Notes: generated from the sequence alone by a model not told the origin. DNA of 64,000 nucleotides from Parcubacteria group bacterium (GCA_041664225.1 JBAYLE010000004.1:10640-74639); one strand, 5' to 3'; numbered from the stretch's first letter, positions 46,975-57,184 are shown. Program-made: numbers and translations.

Positions 46975-49014
46975 ATGGAATTAAATAATTTGTTCAATCC
47001 ATCTTCGATCGCCATTGTCGGCGCGTCAGAAGAAGAAGGTAAGGTTGGCAATGTGATTGCCAAAAATATTTTGAATCTTGGCTACCGGGGCGAAGTTTTT
47101 TTGGTGAATCCAAAACACGAAGAGTTGCTCGGCCGAAAATGCTATAAGAATTTGAATGATATTGAAAGCCGGGTTGATTTGGCGATCATGGTCATTCCGG
47201 CGAAGCTTGTAAATGAAGTGATAAAAACCAGCGCGGATAAAACAAAAAATTATGTGGTTGTTTCAGCCGGTTTTGGAGAAATAAACGAAGACGGCAAAGC
47301 GCGGGAAAAAGAATTAAATCAGATTGCTGCAGACAATAGTCTGAATATTTTGGGGCCGAACTGCCTTGGTTTCATTATTCCCCAATTGCGGCTCAATGCT
47401 TCTTTTGCCGGTGGGATGCCAGAGGTTGGTAATATTTCCCTTGTTTCACAGTCCGGCGCTTTGGCAGTGGCAATTATGGATGTGGCTAAAAAAGAAGGGC
47501 TTCGATTTTCAAGTATTATTTCAGTAGGCAACAAGATGCAGCTTGGAGAATCAGAACTTTTAGAATATCTGGACAATGATACCGGCACAAAAGTAATCGG
47601 CATGTATTTAGAAGGCATCAAGGATGGGCGGAAATTTATCGAGGTCGCGCAGAAAATAAAAAAGCCCATTGTGATTTTAAAGGCCGGGAAGACTGAAAAA
47701 GCTCAGAAGGCTATCTCGTCCCATACCGGGGTCTTGGCGGGCAGCGATGAAATTATGACCGCAGTTTTTGAAAAAACCGGGGTTATTCGCGCGGAGAACA
47801 TGGACGAATTTTTAGGGCTCTTGAAATTAATTTCAAGCTCAAATGCTCCGCTGAATGGGAAAGTGGTTATTGTGACCAACGCTGGAGGGCTGGGAGTGCT
47901 GGCAACGGACGCATTTAAGAATAAAAACATAAAAATGGCTGAGATTGGAGAGAAAACGCAGGCGGAGTTGCAAAAGTTTTTGCCGGAAGAATCATCAGTG
48001 GCAAACCCCGTCGATGTATTGGGTGACGCGGATGAAAAAAGATACGGCAAAACCTTAGAGATATTGAAAAAAGAGCCAGCAGGAACAGTTCTTTGTTTGC
48101 TGACGCCTCAAGACCAAACTCCAGTCGGAAAAATTGCCGGAAAAATTATTAAATTCAAAGAAAAATACGAAGAAAATATCATTACTGTTTTCATGGGCGG
48201 AGAAAGAGTTACAAAAGCAGTAATCAAGCTGAGAGAAAATAATATCCCCAACTTTTTTCTGGCGGACCAAGCCGTTGCCGCACTGGATAAATATTTTGGA
48301 TGGCAGAGAAATAAATCAGAAGAGCGCCTGTCCAATTGGGAAAATCATCCGGAACGGCAACAAAAAGCATCGGAAATAATCCAAAAAGCAAAGTCAGAAA
48401 ATCGCGGAGCTTTGTCATTTTCAGAAGCGAAAGAAATCATGGAAATGTATGGGGTGAAGGTTGCGGATTTTTGGAAAGAAGCTCAGATTAATGATGCCGT
48501 TTTTCCGGTGGCAGTCAAGGTCGATAGCGATAAGGTTTTGCACAAGACTGAGAAACAAGGCTTGATTCTTAATATAAAAAATCAAGAGGAATTGCGAAGT
48601 GCGATTGAAAAAATTAAAAGCAACTTTCCGGGAGAAAATTTTATCATCCAGCCGATGCAAAAAATACAAACAGAACTGATAATCGGGGTGAAATATGATG
48701 GAATTTTCGGGCCAATAATCGTTTTCGGCTTGGGCGGAATCTATACGGAAGTTTTTAAAATGGTGGATTTTCTGGTGCCGCCGGCAAATCAGGAGGAAAT
48801 CAAAAACAAAGTTTTGGAAAGCAAGCTAAAATTTTTGTTTCAGGAAACCCGCGGCCAAATGCCATATAGCGCCGGCGAACTGACGGACATCTTATGGGGA
48901 ATCGGCTTCTTGACACAGGAATTGCCGCAAATCAGGGAACTCGATATAAATCCGCTTTTGGTTTATAATGATGGGAAAGAAAGTGTCGCGGTGGATATTA
49001 AAATTTTAATATAA
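46975..49014 (+). CDS. ADP-forming acetyl-CoA synthetase (fused alpha/beta, NDP-forming acyl-CoA synthetase family)
   Basis: CoA-binding N-domain (IAIVGASEEEGKVG), succinyl-CoA-synthetase-like middle, ATP-grasp C-domain. Confidence 0.8.
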   Translation: MELNNLFNPSSIAIVGASEEEGKVGNVIAKNILNLGYRGEVFLVNPKHEELLGRKCYKNLNDIESRVDLAIMVIPAKLVNEVIKTSADKTKNYVVVSAGFGEINEDGKAREKELNQIAADNSLNILGPNCLGFIIPQLRLNASFAGGMPEVGNISLVSQSGALAVAIMDVAKKEGLRFSSIISVGNKMQLGESELLEYLDNDTGTKVIGMYLEGIKDGRKFIEVAQKIKKPIVILKAGKTEKAQKAISSHTGVLAGSDEIMTAVFEKTGVIRAENMDEFLGLLKLISSSNAPLNGKVVIVTNAGGLGVLATDAFKNKNIKMAEIGEKTQAELQKFLPEESSVANPVDVLGDADEKRYGKTLEILKKEPAGTVLCLLTPQDQTPVGKIAGKIIKFKEKYEENIITVFMGGERVTKAVIKLRENNIPNFFLADQAVAALDKYFGWQRNKSEERLSNWENHPERQQKASEIIQKAKSENRGALSFSEAKEIMEMYGVKVADFWKEAQINDAVFPVAVKVDSDKVLHKTEKQGLILNIKNQEELRSAIEKIKSNFPGENFIIQPMQKIQTELIIGVKYDGIFGPIIVFGLGGIYTEVFKMVDFLVPPANQEEIKNKVLESKLKFLFQETRGQMPYSAGELTDILWGIGFLTQELPQIRELDINPLLVYNDGKESVAVDIKILI

Positions 49015-49032
49015 TTCATTCAAAATAAATTT

Positions 49033-49608
49033 ATGGCAGAAGATAAAAAAATAAAAATTTTAATTATTGATGACGATGATGCTACACGAAGCCTGTATGC
49101 GGAGGTTTTTAAAAGACATGGTTTTGATGTTGCCGAAGCAGTCGATGGCGTGGAAGGTCTCGACAAAGCATCAATAAATATTCCCGATGTCATTTTTACC
49201 GGAATAATTATGCCACGGATGGACGGTTTCGCTTTGATGGAGGCTCTAAAGAAAAATATGGTGACCAGCAGTATCCCAGTAGCTGTTTCTTCACATATGG
49301 GTCGGGAAGAAGATCAAAAAAGGGCAAAGGAATTAGGAGCCGGTGATTTCATCCCAAGGGATATGAATACCCCAAATGAAGTGGTGGAGCGGATAAAGGT
49401 TATGCTTAATCTGGCTAAATATAAGATAAAATTTTATACTGATGAGCTGGATGCGTTGAAATTAGCACAGGATATGCATCTTAATGAAAAATTTCAGTGT
49501 GCCTCTTGCGGAGGGGAAGCAATCTTGTCCTTGCATCTAAAAGAGGTGGCCAGCCATGAATTCATCGCTAAATTCGTGTGTTCCAAATGCGGAAAGGAAC
49601 AAGACTGA
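49033..49608 (+). CDS. Receiver-domain protein with C-terminal zinc-ribbon (CxxC…CxxC)
   Basis: ILIIDDDDATR…DVIFTGIIMPRMDGFAL; CASCGGEA…CSKCGKEQD. Confidence 0.8.
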   Translation: MAEDKKIKILIIDDDDATRSLYAEVFKRHGFDVAEAVDGVEGLDKASINIPDVIFTGIIMPRMDGFALMEALKKNMVTSSIPVAVSSHMGREEDQKRAKELGAGDFIPRDMNTPNEVVERIKVMLNLAKYKIKFYTDELDALKLAQDMHLNEKFQCASCGGEAILSLHLKEVASHEFIAKFVCSKCGKEQD

Positions 49609-49675
49609 TCTTAAATATTACGCTTTAAATAATTTGAAAGCGGGGTGGAAAACCTCGCTTTAAATTGAATACCAT

Positions 49676-51394
49676 ATGAATCGCGCTTGGAGAGTAAAAG
49701 AAAAAAGCAATATAAAAAACATTGAATTGGAGAAAAAATATCATCCGCTTGTTTTGCAGCTTTTGGCGAGCCGAGGCCTTTTGGAGGAAACTGAAATAAA
49801 TAATTTTTTCAAACCCGATTATGCGACTGGTATTTATGATCCGTTTATTTTTCCAGATATGGGCAAAGCGGTTGAGCGGATAATTAGGGCCAGAGAAAGC
49901 CAGGAAAAAGTCGCAATTTTTGGGGATTATGACGCTGATGGTGTCACATCCACTGCAGTGCTTTTTGAAGTTCTGGAAAAACTTGGTCTTAAATGTGCGG
50001 AAATATATATACCCGACCGTCAGCTTGAGGGATATGGCATGAATATCGAGGCGATAAATTTCTTACAGAAAAAGGGAATCACATTAATAATAACAGTAGA
50101 CTGCGGTATAACCAATATTGAGGAAGTTAGACAAGCGGGGAAATTAGGAATTGATGTTATAATCACCGATCATCATCATGTGCCCGAAAAAATTCCTGAA
50201 GCTTTTGCGATAATCAATCCTAGCGGTGAAGAGTCCGTGTATCCTTTTAAAAATTTAGCCGGAGTCGGAGTGGCTTTCAAGTTGGCTCAGGCCTTGTGTC
50301 AAAAAATTGAACCAGAGGGCATCGAGCGATTGAAGTGGTTGCTGGATCTGGTGGCTGTCGGGACTATCGCTGATTGCGTGCCGTTGATCGATGAAAACAG
50401 AGTTATCGTCAAGTATGGATTGGTGGTTTTGTCTAAAACGCGCAGACAGGGGCTCTTGGAAATGTTCAAGGTCGGTCGGATCATGATCGACGAAAATAAT
50501 ATTCCGGATACGCAAAAAATTGCTTTTCAGATCTCACCGCGCATCAACGCGGCTGGCAGAATGGATCATGCCAGTGTTTCTTTCAAATTGATGATTGAAA
50601 AAAATACGGCTGTTGCGCGGGATATGGCTTTGGAGGTTGAAAGTAAGAATCAGGAAAGGCAAAAGGTTACCGCGGAAATCGTTCGAGAAATTCGGATCGT
50701 TGCCGAAAATATGTACAAAGACAAAAAATTAATCTTTGTGCATAATGAGCATTGGCAAGTCGGCATCCTGGGGCTGGTAGCTGGGAAAATTGCCGACGAG
50801 TTTAATAAGCCGACCGTAGTTTTGCAAAAACAAGATCAGGAATTTGTCGGGTCGCTCAGAAGCATTCCGCAAATCAATATTATCGAAGCTTTGGAAAAAT
50901 GCTCAGATTTGCTGATTCGATTTGGCGGGCATGCGCAAGCAGCAGGTGTGCGGGTGGCGCCGGGCAAAATAGAAAAATTTTACGAAAAGCTCTCTCAAAT
51001 CATCGAAAAAGAATTGCAAGGCAAGGATATTATTCCCGAAATAGAAATAGACGCGGAAATAAAAGCTCAGGACATCAATTGGGATCTGGTTACGGAGCTC
51101 AAAAAGATGGAGCCTTTCGGCGAAGGGAATGTTGAGCCGGTTTTTCTAATGAAAGAAATGTTGATTCAGGATTTGCGGATTGTGGGCAACGGAAGCAAGC
51201 ATTTAAAATTGGCTTTGCGCCCAAAAGACGGCAGCCCGAAAATCTTTGACGCTATTGGATTTGGTTTCGGTGATAAACTGCCCGACTTAAAAAATGGAGA
51301 CCTGATTGATATTGTTTTTAATCTGCAAGAGGATGAATGGAATGGCAACAAAAAAATCCAACTGAAGCTGATTGATTTAAAAGTAATTAAATAA
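49676..51394 (+). CDS. recJ: Single-stranded-DNA-specific exonuclease RecJ
   Basis: FGDYDADGVTSTA, ITDHHH (DHH), DHHA1 C-region. Confidence 0.9.
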   Translation: MNRAWRVKEKSNIKNIELEKKYHPLVLQLLASRGLLEETEINNFFKPDYATGIYDPFIFPDMGKAVERIIRARESQEKVAIFGDYDADGVTSTAVLFEVLEKLGLKCAEIYIPDRQLEGYGMNIEAINFLQKKGITLIITVDCGITNIEEVRQAGKLGIDVIITDHHHVPEKIPEAFAIINPSGEESVYPFKNLAGVGVAFKLAQALCQKIEPEGIERLKWLLDLVAVGTIADCVPLIDENRVIVKYGLVVLSKTRRQGLLEMFKVGRIMIDENNIPDTQKIAFQISPRINAAGRMDHASVSFKLMIEKNTAVARDMALEVESKNQERQKVTAEIVREIRIVAENMYKDKKLIFVHNEHWQVGILGLVAGKIADEFNKPTVVLQKQDQEFVGSLRSIPQINIIEALEKCSDLLIRFGGHAQAAGVRVAPGKIEKFYEKLSQIIEKELQGKDIIPEIEIDAEIKAQDINWDLVTELKKMEPFGEGNVEPVFLMKEMLIQDLRIVGNGSKHLKLALRPKDGSPKIFDAIGFGFGDKLPDLKNGDLIDIVFNLQEDEWNGNKKIQLKLIDLKVIK

Positions 51395-51395
51395 A

Positions 51396-51428
51396 TAAAA
51401 AAGAGCGCGGGTTTTATTCGCGCTCAGG
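51396..51428 (-). terminator. Minus-strand terminator (gagcgcg…cgcgctc hairpin then T-run on minus strand)
   Basis: On minus strand the hairpin is followed by TTTTTTATTT. Confidence 0.5.
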
Positions 51429-51552
51429 ATAGACTGCTATTCAGCAATCGTTTAACAGTAGTATTTCGCCAAATATATAATGGCAGAAGCCTCACTGACC
51501 ATGAGAAAAAGTAAAGAAAAGATTTCCGGCTTGTGTTTCATGGTAACCCCCC

Positions 51553-51696
51553 CTATTTTTGCGGTTTTTCAAATAAGTCGCGAGAATCATATGGCTTGTT
51601 GGTGTCTTTGTACGGACTGGGTTTGCATCCGGCCATTATTATGGCCAAGCTCGCGGAAATAACCAAAATTACTAAAAGAACCTTGAATTTTTTCAT
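51553..51696 (-). CDS. 47-aa lipoprotein (MKKFKVLLVILVISASLAIIMAGC…)
   Basis: SD GGGAGAT 6 nt upstream; signal peptide with lipobox; below ORF-track size cutoff. Confidence 0.5.
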   Translation of the reverse strand: MKKFKVLLVILVISASLAIIMAGCKPSPYKDTNKPYDSRDLFEKPQK

Positions 51697-51778
51697 ATTT
51701 TATCTCCCGTATTTTTGATAAGAATATAACATATACAGGATATTTTTCAAGTTTTGTTTTTCGTGTTAAACTGATTCT

Positions 51779-52207
51779 ATGGAAAAAATAGTCATGTATA
51801 CCGATGGCGGGTCGAGGAATAATCCCGGGCCGGCGGCGGTTGGTGTTTGGATCGAGACGCTCAATAAAAAATATGGAGAGTGTATCGGTGAAAAAACCAA
51901 CAACGAAGCGGAGTACGAAGCGCTGATTTTCGGGCTCAAGAAACTCAAATCGCTCTTAGGCAAAGGCAAAACAAAATCCGCTGAAATAGTTTGCTATTTA
52001 GACAGTGAATTGGTGGTGAAACAGTTAAGTCACGAATATAAGTTGACCGAAGAGCATATCCAAAAACTATTCATCCAGATTTGGAACTTGATGCTGGATT
52101 TTGGCAAAGTGACTTTTCATCACATACGCAGAGAAAAAAATACCATCGCGGACGCCCTGGTGAATGAAGCGCTTGACGCGCGAGAAAGGCAAAATAAACT
52201 TTTATAA
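51779..52207 (+). CDS. rnhA: Ribonuclease HI
   Basis: YTDGGSRNNPGPAA, NNEAEYEAL, DSELVVKQ catalytic motifs. Confidence 0.9.
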   Translation: MEKIVMYTDGGSRNNPGPAAVGVWIETLNKKYGECIGEKTNNEAEYEALIFGLKKLKSLLGKGKTKSAEIVCYLDSELVVKQLSHEYKLTEEHIQKLFIQIWNLMLDFGKVTFHHIRREKNTIADALVNEALDARERQNKLL

Positions 52208-52216
52208 TCTTTTTTT

Positions 52217-53233
52217 ATGATTAAGTACAAGAAACGGATAATGTGGGGGATAATTATTATAGCGGTGGTTGCTGGCGGCTATTATCTTCTCCGTCCCAAG
52301 GCGCCGGTGACGGTTTACACAACAGCTGATGTTGCGCGCGGAAATCTAGCGCAAACAGTTTCTGAGACCGGTACAATCATGACGGTCAATCAGACTGATT
52401 TGTCTTTTAAAATTAGCGGCAGAGTAATCAAGCTTTTGGCCGATGTGGGCGACCAAATCAAGACTGGCCAGCTTCTGGCGCAATTGGACCTGGGAACTCT
52501 TGGATCGCAATTGGCGCAAGCGCAGTCAGAAGTAAAGGTGCAACAGGAAACTTTGGATAATCTGGTAAAACACGAGGGCTCACAATCATCTACGGGAGAT
52601 CAGCGCGACGCGCAACGCGCCAGACTAAAACAAGCCAAGGAGGGTGTGGTATCGGTTTGGTCCCAGATCCGCGATACGTATATGTATTCTCCGATTGATG
52701 GCGTTATTCTCAAGCGCAATGTCGATCCTTTTGAAACCACAGTGGCCAACAGTCCGACGCCGGTTTTCACAGTCGGCGATCCGCATGACCTGGTCATTGA
52801 AACGAATGTTCCGGAATCAGACATTGCGAAAATAAAAATTGATCAGACGGCCAGCATTACATTTGACGCTTTGCCGGCCGATGAAATTTTTGATGCGAAA
52901 GTCACGGAAATTGATCCGGCTTCGACAGAGATCCAGGACGTTGTGTATTATCGGATAAAATTGAAACTGGATAAAATTAATGAAAACTTAAAGTCCGGCA
53001 TGACGGCCAATATCGATATCCACACTGCGGAAGCGGACAATGTCTTGATGATTCCCATTCGCGCCGTGCAAACGGAAGGCAAGGAGCAAGTCGTCCAGAT
53101 TCTTAATGCTGATGGAAAAACAACGGCGAAAATTAAGGTTCAAACCGGATTGCAAGGCGATGAAGGCATGGTGGAGATTAAATCAGGCCTCACGGAAGGG
53201 CAGAAGGTGGTGACTTTCGCTCAAACTCAATAA
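52217..53233 (+). CDS. HlyD/MacA-family periplasmic adaptor (efflux membrane-fusion protein)
   Basis: N-terminal TM, coiled-coil, beta-barrel C-domain; adjacent MacB-type ABC. Confidence 0.8.
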   Translation: MIKYKKRIMWGIIIIAVVAGGYYLLRPKAPVTVYTTADVARGNLAQTVSETGTIMTVNQTDLSFKISGRVIKLLADVGDQIKTGQLLAQLDLGTLGSQLAQAQSEVKVQQETLDNLVKHEGSQSSTGDQRDAQRARLKQAKEGVVSVWSQIRDTYMYSPIDGVILKRNVDPFETTVANSPTPVFTVGDPHDLVIETNVPESDIAKIKIDQTASITFDALPADEIFDAKVTEIDPASTEIQDVVYYRIKLKLDKINENLKSGMTANIDIHTAEADNVLMIPIRAVQTEGKEQVVQILNADGKTTAKIKVQTGLQGDEGMVEIKSGLTEGQKVVTFAQTQ

Positions 53234-53243
53234 TCTTTTTATA

Positions 53244-53279
53244 GGACCTATAAGACTTATGGGTCCTATAAGTCTTATG
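53244..53279. repeat. Tandem 18-mer with palindromic core (ggacctataagacttatg / ggtcctataagtcttatg)
   Basis: 16/18 identical copies; each core ataagNcttat is self-complementary; sits on the adaptor/ATPase junction. Confidence 0.7.
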
Positions 53280-54005
53280 GAAAAATTAATCCAAGTCCAA
53301 AATCTGTGCAAAACGTATGACAACGAAGGCGTGAAGACGCAGGCGGTTTGCGACGTGACTTTTTCCATTGAAAAAGGGGAGTTTGTTTCGATTATGGGAC
53401 CATCGGGCTCCGGAAAGTCGACGCTGATGCAGATGTTGGGTTTTTTGGATCGGCCGACAAATGGCGGATATATTTTTGAAGGGCGAGACACATCGAAATT
53501 CACCGAAGACGAGCTGGCGGATTTGCGCAACCAAAAGATCGGGTTTGTTTTTCAAACTTTCAATCTGCTTCCGCGGACTTCTGTTTTTGAAAATGTAGAA
53601 CTGCCCTTATTATACGACAGAAAAAAAGCGACCAAAGAAAGTAATGCGGAAAAAGTTATGCAGGCGCTAAAAGCGGTTTCCATGGATCACCGCGCCAATT
53701 ATCTTTCCAACCAACTGTCAGGCGGAGAAAAACAAAGAGTGGCGATCGCCCGCGCGCTGGTGCTGGACCCGGAAGTGATTTTTGCTGATGAGCCGACGGG
53801 CAATCTCGATTCGAAAACCGGGACGCAAATTATGAAAATTTTCCAGGAGCTGAATAATCATGGCCACACCATAATTTTGGTTACGCACGAAACATACACA
53901 GCCGAACATGCTAAAAGAATTTTACAAGTCAAAGACGGGAATATTATTTCGGACATTCCGGTCGCGAACAGAAGAATAGCCAGGGATGGAGAGATGCTGA
54001 AATAA
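53259..54005 (+). CDS. MacB/LolD-type ABC transporter ATP-binding protein
   Basis: [36 protein letters not shown]; true start may be ATG 53277 (MEKLIQ…). Confidence 0.9.
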   Translation: MGPISLMEKLIQVQNLCKTYDNEGVKTQAVCDVTFSIEKGEFVSIMGPSGSGKSTLMQMLGFLDRPTNGGYIFEGRDTSKFTEDELADLRNQKIGFVFQTFNLLPRTSVFENVELPLLYDRKKATKESNAEKVMQALKAVSMDHRANYLSNQLSGGEKQRVAIARALVLDPEVIFADEPTGNLDSKTGTQIMKIFQELNNHGHTIILVTHETYTAEHAKRILQVKDGNIISDIPVANRRIARDGEMLK

Positions 54006-54009
54006 AAAT

Positions 54010-54047
54010 TGTCTTGCCCTTAATATTAAAAAGCAAGACAGTTTTAC
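54010..54047. terminator. Hairpin ttgtcttgc…gcaagaca between convergent genes
   Basis: 8-bp stem, T-rich tail on + strand. Confidence 0.55.
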
Positions 54048-54301
54048 AATTTTGCAATTCCGACAACCGGTTCTTCATCTTCAACGAAAACAAAGCTTCC
54101 ATTCCCGTTGAATTTCGCATTTGCTAACATTTCAACATTGTTTACGGTTATCAGATCAGGCGTTATTTTTACAAAGTACTTTTCATTTCTGAGGATGGAT
54201 ATGTAATCCATTAACTTCGATTTTTTGTATAAGGAGTCTGGTAAAAAACCATCTCCGATATCCAAATTTTTAAAACAAAATCCATTATTTGCGGGTTTCA
54301 T
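54044..54301 (-). CDS. Hypothetical 85-aa protein on the minus strand
   Basis: Strong SD AAGGAGGT 8 nt upstream of ATG (minus strand); inserted between MacB ATPase and its permeases. Confidence 0.6.
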   Translation of the reverse strand: MKPANNGFCFKNLDIGDGFLPDSLYKKSKLMDYISILRNEKYFVKITPDLITVNNVEMLANAKFNGNGSFVFVEDEEPVVGIAKL

Positions 54302-54349
54302 TTTTTTACCTCCTTTTTCTAAATTATAATACTTATCTAAACAAAATCA

Positions 54350-55591
54350 ATGTTATTGGCCAATCCGATAAAAATATCCTACAAAAACCTGATGGCGGCG
54401 AAGTGGCGGTCGTTTTTGACAGTGCTGGGAATCATTATCGGCGTGGCCTCGGTGATTATCGTTATGGCGATCGGTGCCAGTGCCCAGCAGCTGATTTTGG
54501 ACCAGGTGTCAGGCGTCGGTTCCAACCTGGTGGGAATTCTCCCGGGTGGGTCGGAAGAAAAGGGCCCGCCAGCTACCGTTTTTGGAGCAATTATTACCAC
54601 GCTAAAATATAAAGACCTAAAGTCAATCGGAAGCAAGAGCAATGTGCCGGACGTTACAAATGTTTCCGGTTACGTGACTGGTTCGGCAACAGCCAAACAT
54701 CAAGACAATAGTTTCGCTGTGACATTTCAGGGCGTGAGCTCTGATTTAGTCAACATTGAAAACATTAAAGTGGCTCACGGCAGATTTTTTATGTCCGAAG
54801 AAGAAACGAATCTAGCGCGAGTGGCAGTGTTGGGTGCCGACAGGGTGCGAGATTTTTTCCCCAACGAGGATCCAATCGGCAAAATACTCACCATCAAAGA
54901 CCTGAATTTTACAGTAATCGGAACTCTGGAGAAAAAAGGATCATCCGGTTTTTCCAATACTGATGAGACCATATACATACCGCTTTTTACGGCACAAAAA
55001 TTGATTTTGGGGATTGATTACCTTAATTTTATCCGTGCCAAGGTTGATAACCCGCAAAATTTGGACCGGTCGGTCGCGGATATCAAAATCACGCTGCGGC
55101 AAAATCACAACATCAAAGATCCAACAGACGATGATTTTTCAGTGCGCACGACAGCCCAAGCTCTTTCTACTTTAGCTAGCATAACCGACATTTTGAAATA
55201 TTTTTTGACATCCATCGCGGCTATTTCGCTTTTGGTCGGCGGAGTGGGGATTATGAATATCATGCTGATTGCAGTTAATCAGCGTATCCGTGAAATTGGC
55301 CTCAGAAAAGCCGTGGGAGCTCGGAATGCGAATATTGTTTCGCAATTTTTGATCGAGTCGGTTTTTATAACATTTGCAGGCGGATTTCTGGGGATATTTT
55401 TTGGAATTTTAGTTTCCTATCTGGCGGCATTGGTTATTAACCGTTTGGGATACACTTGGCAGTTTTTAATCACTAGTGATTCGATAGTTATTGCTACGGC
55501 AGTCACGATTTTGATCGGCCTGATTTTTGGCATGTATCCGGCGCGCAAAGCTTCACGGGTTTCTCCTATGGAGGCATTGCGATATGAATAA
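54350..55591 (+). CDS. FtsX-like ABC permease (MacB-type, large periplasmic loop)
   Basis: N-terminal TM, ~220-aa periplasmic domain, C-terminal FtsX 3-TM bundle. Confidence 0.85.
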   Translation: MLLANPIKISYKNLMAAKWRSFLTVLGIIIGVASVIIVMAIGASAQQLILDQVSGVGSNLVGILPGGSEEKGPPATVFGAIITTLKYKDLKSIGSKSNVPDVTNVSGYVTGSATAKHQDNSFAVTFQGVSSDLVNIENIKVAHGRFFMSEEETNLARVAVLGADRVRDFFPNEDPIGKILTIKDLNFTVIGTLEKKGSSGFSNTDETIYIPLFTAQKLILGIDYLNFIRAKVDNPQNLDRSVADIKITLRQNHNIKDPTDDDFSVRTTAQALSTLASITDILKYFLTSIAAISLLVGGVGIMNIMLIAVNQRIREIGLRKAVGARNANIVSQFLIESVFITFAGGFLGIFFGILVSYLAALVINRLGYTWQFLITSDSIVIATAVTILIGLIFGMYPARKASRVSPMEALRYE

Positions 55592-55594
55592 TTT

Positions 55595-56851
55595 ATGTTC
55601 CACGAACTGATATTATCTATAAAATTAGCCTTCAAAAATCTTCGCATGAATCTCGGGCGGACGATTTTGACGCTGTTTGGAATCGTGATCGGGATCACTT
55701 CGGTGATTGTCATTATGTCAAGCGGCCAGGGTGTCAAAAGTTTTATTCTCGATCTGATTGGAACCTTTGGTAATGATGTGATCCAAGTTGAAGTAAAAGT
55801 TCCTGCCACCGGCAAGACTTCCTCGCAAAACGCTATGGGTCAGGCGATGGGCATCCAGATTACGACCCTGAAACAAGAAGACGCGGATGCAATTGCGAAA
55901 CTGCCCAATGTGGAAGCTTTGTACACGGCTAATTATACGCAGGAAATTGCCACCTACCAAGGCGTGAAAAAGCGCGCTTTACTTTTTGGCACCAGTGCCG
56001 GCGTCTTGCAAACGGATCCCGGCGTCAAAGTGGCGGAAGGAAATTTTTTCACGGAGGCTGAAGATCGCAGTCTGGCCCAAGTGGCGGTTATCGGACCTGA
56101 CATCAAGCAAACTTTTTTTGGGGACGGCGGAGCGGTTGGAAAAGAGATAAAAATCAGCAATAAAAATTACAAAGTTGTCGGCGTCCTGGAAAAACGCGGG
56201 ACGTTCGGTGTCATGAATTATGATGAGTTGATTTATCTGCCGGTGCGCACGCTTGGGAAAAAAATTCTGGGCATCGATTATTTGCGCAATGTTTTAATCA
56301 AGGTTCGCGATGTTAATCTTTTGGATGCGACGGGTGCGGACATCACGGATACCATGCGCCGCCAGCATAATATTATTGATCCAGACAAGGATGATTTTTC
56401 CGTGACTTCTATGAAGGAAGTGCAGGATATTATCGGCACGGTTTTTAACACGATCAATATTCTGCTTTTAGCGCTGACTTCAATTTCACTGGTTGTCGGA
56501 GGGGTGGGGATTATGAATGTCATGTATGTGGCGGTCGTCGAGCGGACTTTTGAAATCGGCCTCAGAAAAGCCGTGGGGGCTAAGTCCAGGGATATTTTGA
56601 AACAATTTTTATGGGAGGCGATTTTTGTGACTTTTGCCGGAGGGATTGCCGGGATTATTTTGGGATATTTATGTTTGTTTTTATTGGCTTTGATTTTTGC
56701 CAGATTAGGATTTGGCTTAAACCTTTCAGTCACCTTGCAATCGGTTCTTATTGCCACCGGTTTTTCCGTGGCAGTGGGAATAATCTTTGGCTATTATCCG
56801 GCGCGCAAAGCTTCGCAACTTTCGCCGATGGAAGCGTTGAGAAAGGAATAG
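55595..56851 (+). CDS. FtsX-like ABC permease, paralog of the previous gene
   Basis: Same architecture; shared blocks (GGVGIMN…EIGLRKAVGA…). Confidence 0.85.
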   Translation: MFHELILSIKLAFKNLRMNLGRTILTLFGIVIGITSVIVIMSSGQGVKSFILDLIGTFGNDVIQVEVKVPATGKTSSQNAMGQAMGIQITTLKQEDADAIAKLPNVEALYTANYTQEIATYQGVKKRALLFGTSAGVLQTDPGVKVAEGNFFTEAEDRSLAQVAVIGPDIKQTFFGDGGAVGKEIKISNKNYKVVGVLEKRGTFGVMNYDELIYLPVRTLGKKILGIDYLRNVLIKVRDVNLLDATGADITDTMRRQHNIIDPDKDDFSVTSMKEVQDIIGTVFNTINILLLALTSISLVVGGVGIMNVMYVAVVERTFEIGLRKAVGAKSRDILKQFLWEAIFVTFAGGIAGIILGYLCLFLLALIFARLGFGLNLSVTLQSVLIATGFSVAVGIIFGYYPARKASQLSPMEALRKE

Positions 56852-56857
56852 ATTTTT

Positions 56858-56906
56858 GGAAATAAAAAAACCACTGAAATCAATCCGACATCCGGATTGA
56901 TTTCAG
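56858..56906 (-). terminator. Minus-strand intrinsic terminator with perfect 14-bp stem
   Basis: ctgaaatcaatccg/cggattgatttcag; on the minus strand followed by TTTTTTTATTT. Confidence 0.7.
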
Positions 56907-56913
56907 CGGTAGA

Positions 56914-57147
56914 CTATTCGCAGTATTCTTGGGAATACTTTAGCCTGCAGGGATTGCATGTGCCAGTTGCCCGGTAACGCGTTTTTTCGGGGTGGGAAGG
57001 ATCGGTTCCTAGATGAATCCTTTTGACCCACACGGGCTTGTAGCAAACCGTGCACTTGCGCCGCTCATGCGTGAACAGATAGAACCCTGCATAAGAAAAT
57101 AGTAAGAATGTACCGATAATAAGTGCGACAACAAAAGCAGTATTCAT
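56914..57147 (-). CDS. Small membrane-anchored zinc-ribbon protein (77 aa)
   Basis: G-rich SD GGGAGGGGG; N-terminal TM; CTVC…CNPC. Confidence 0.55.
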   Translation of the reverse strand: MNTAFVVALIIGTFLLFSYAGFYLFTHERRKCTVCYKPVWVKRIHLGTDPSHPEKTRYRATGTCNPCRLKYSQEYCE

Positions 57148-57184
57148 GTAGTTTCCCCCTCCCGGCTCGTTGGCCGAATTTTTT

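Noticed and set aside
53259-53276. ABC ATPase start at ATG 53259 (MGPISLMEK…)
   Set aside because: The first six codons would be encoded by the tandem palindromic 18-mers. A start at ATG 53277 is at least as plausible. Kept the longer ORF coordinates but flagged the doubt.
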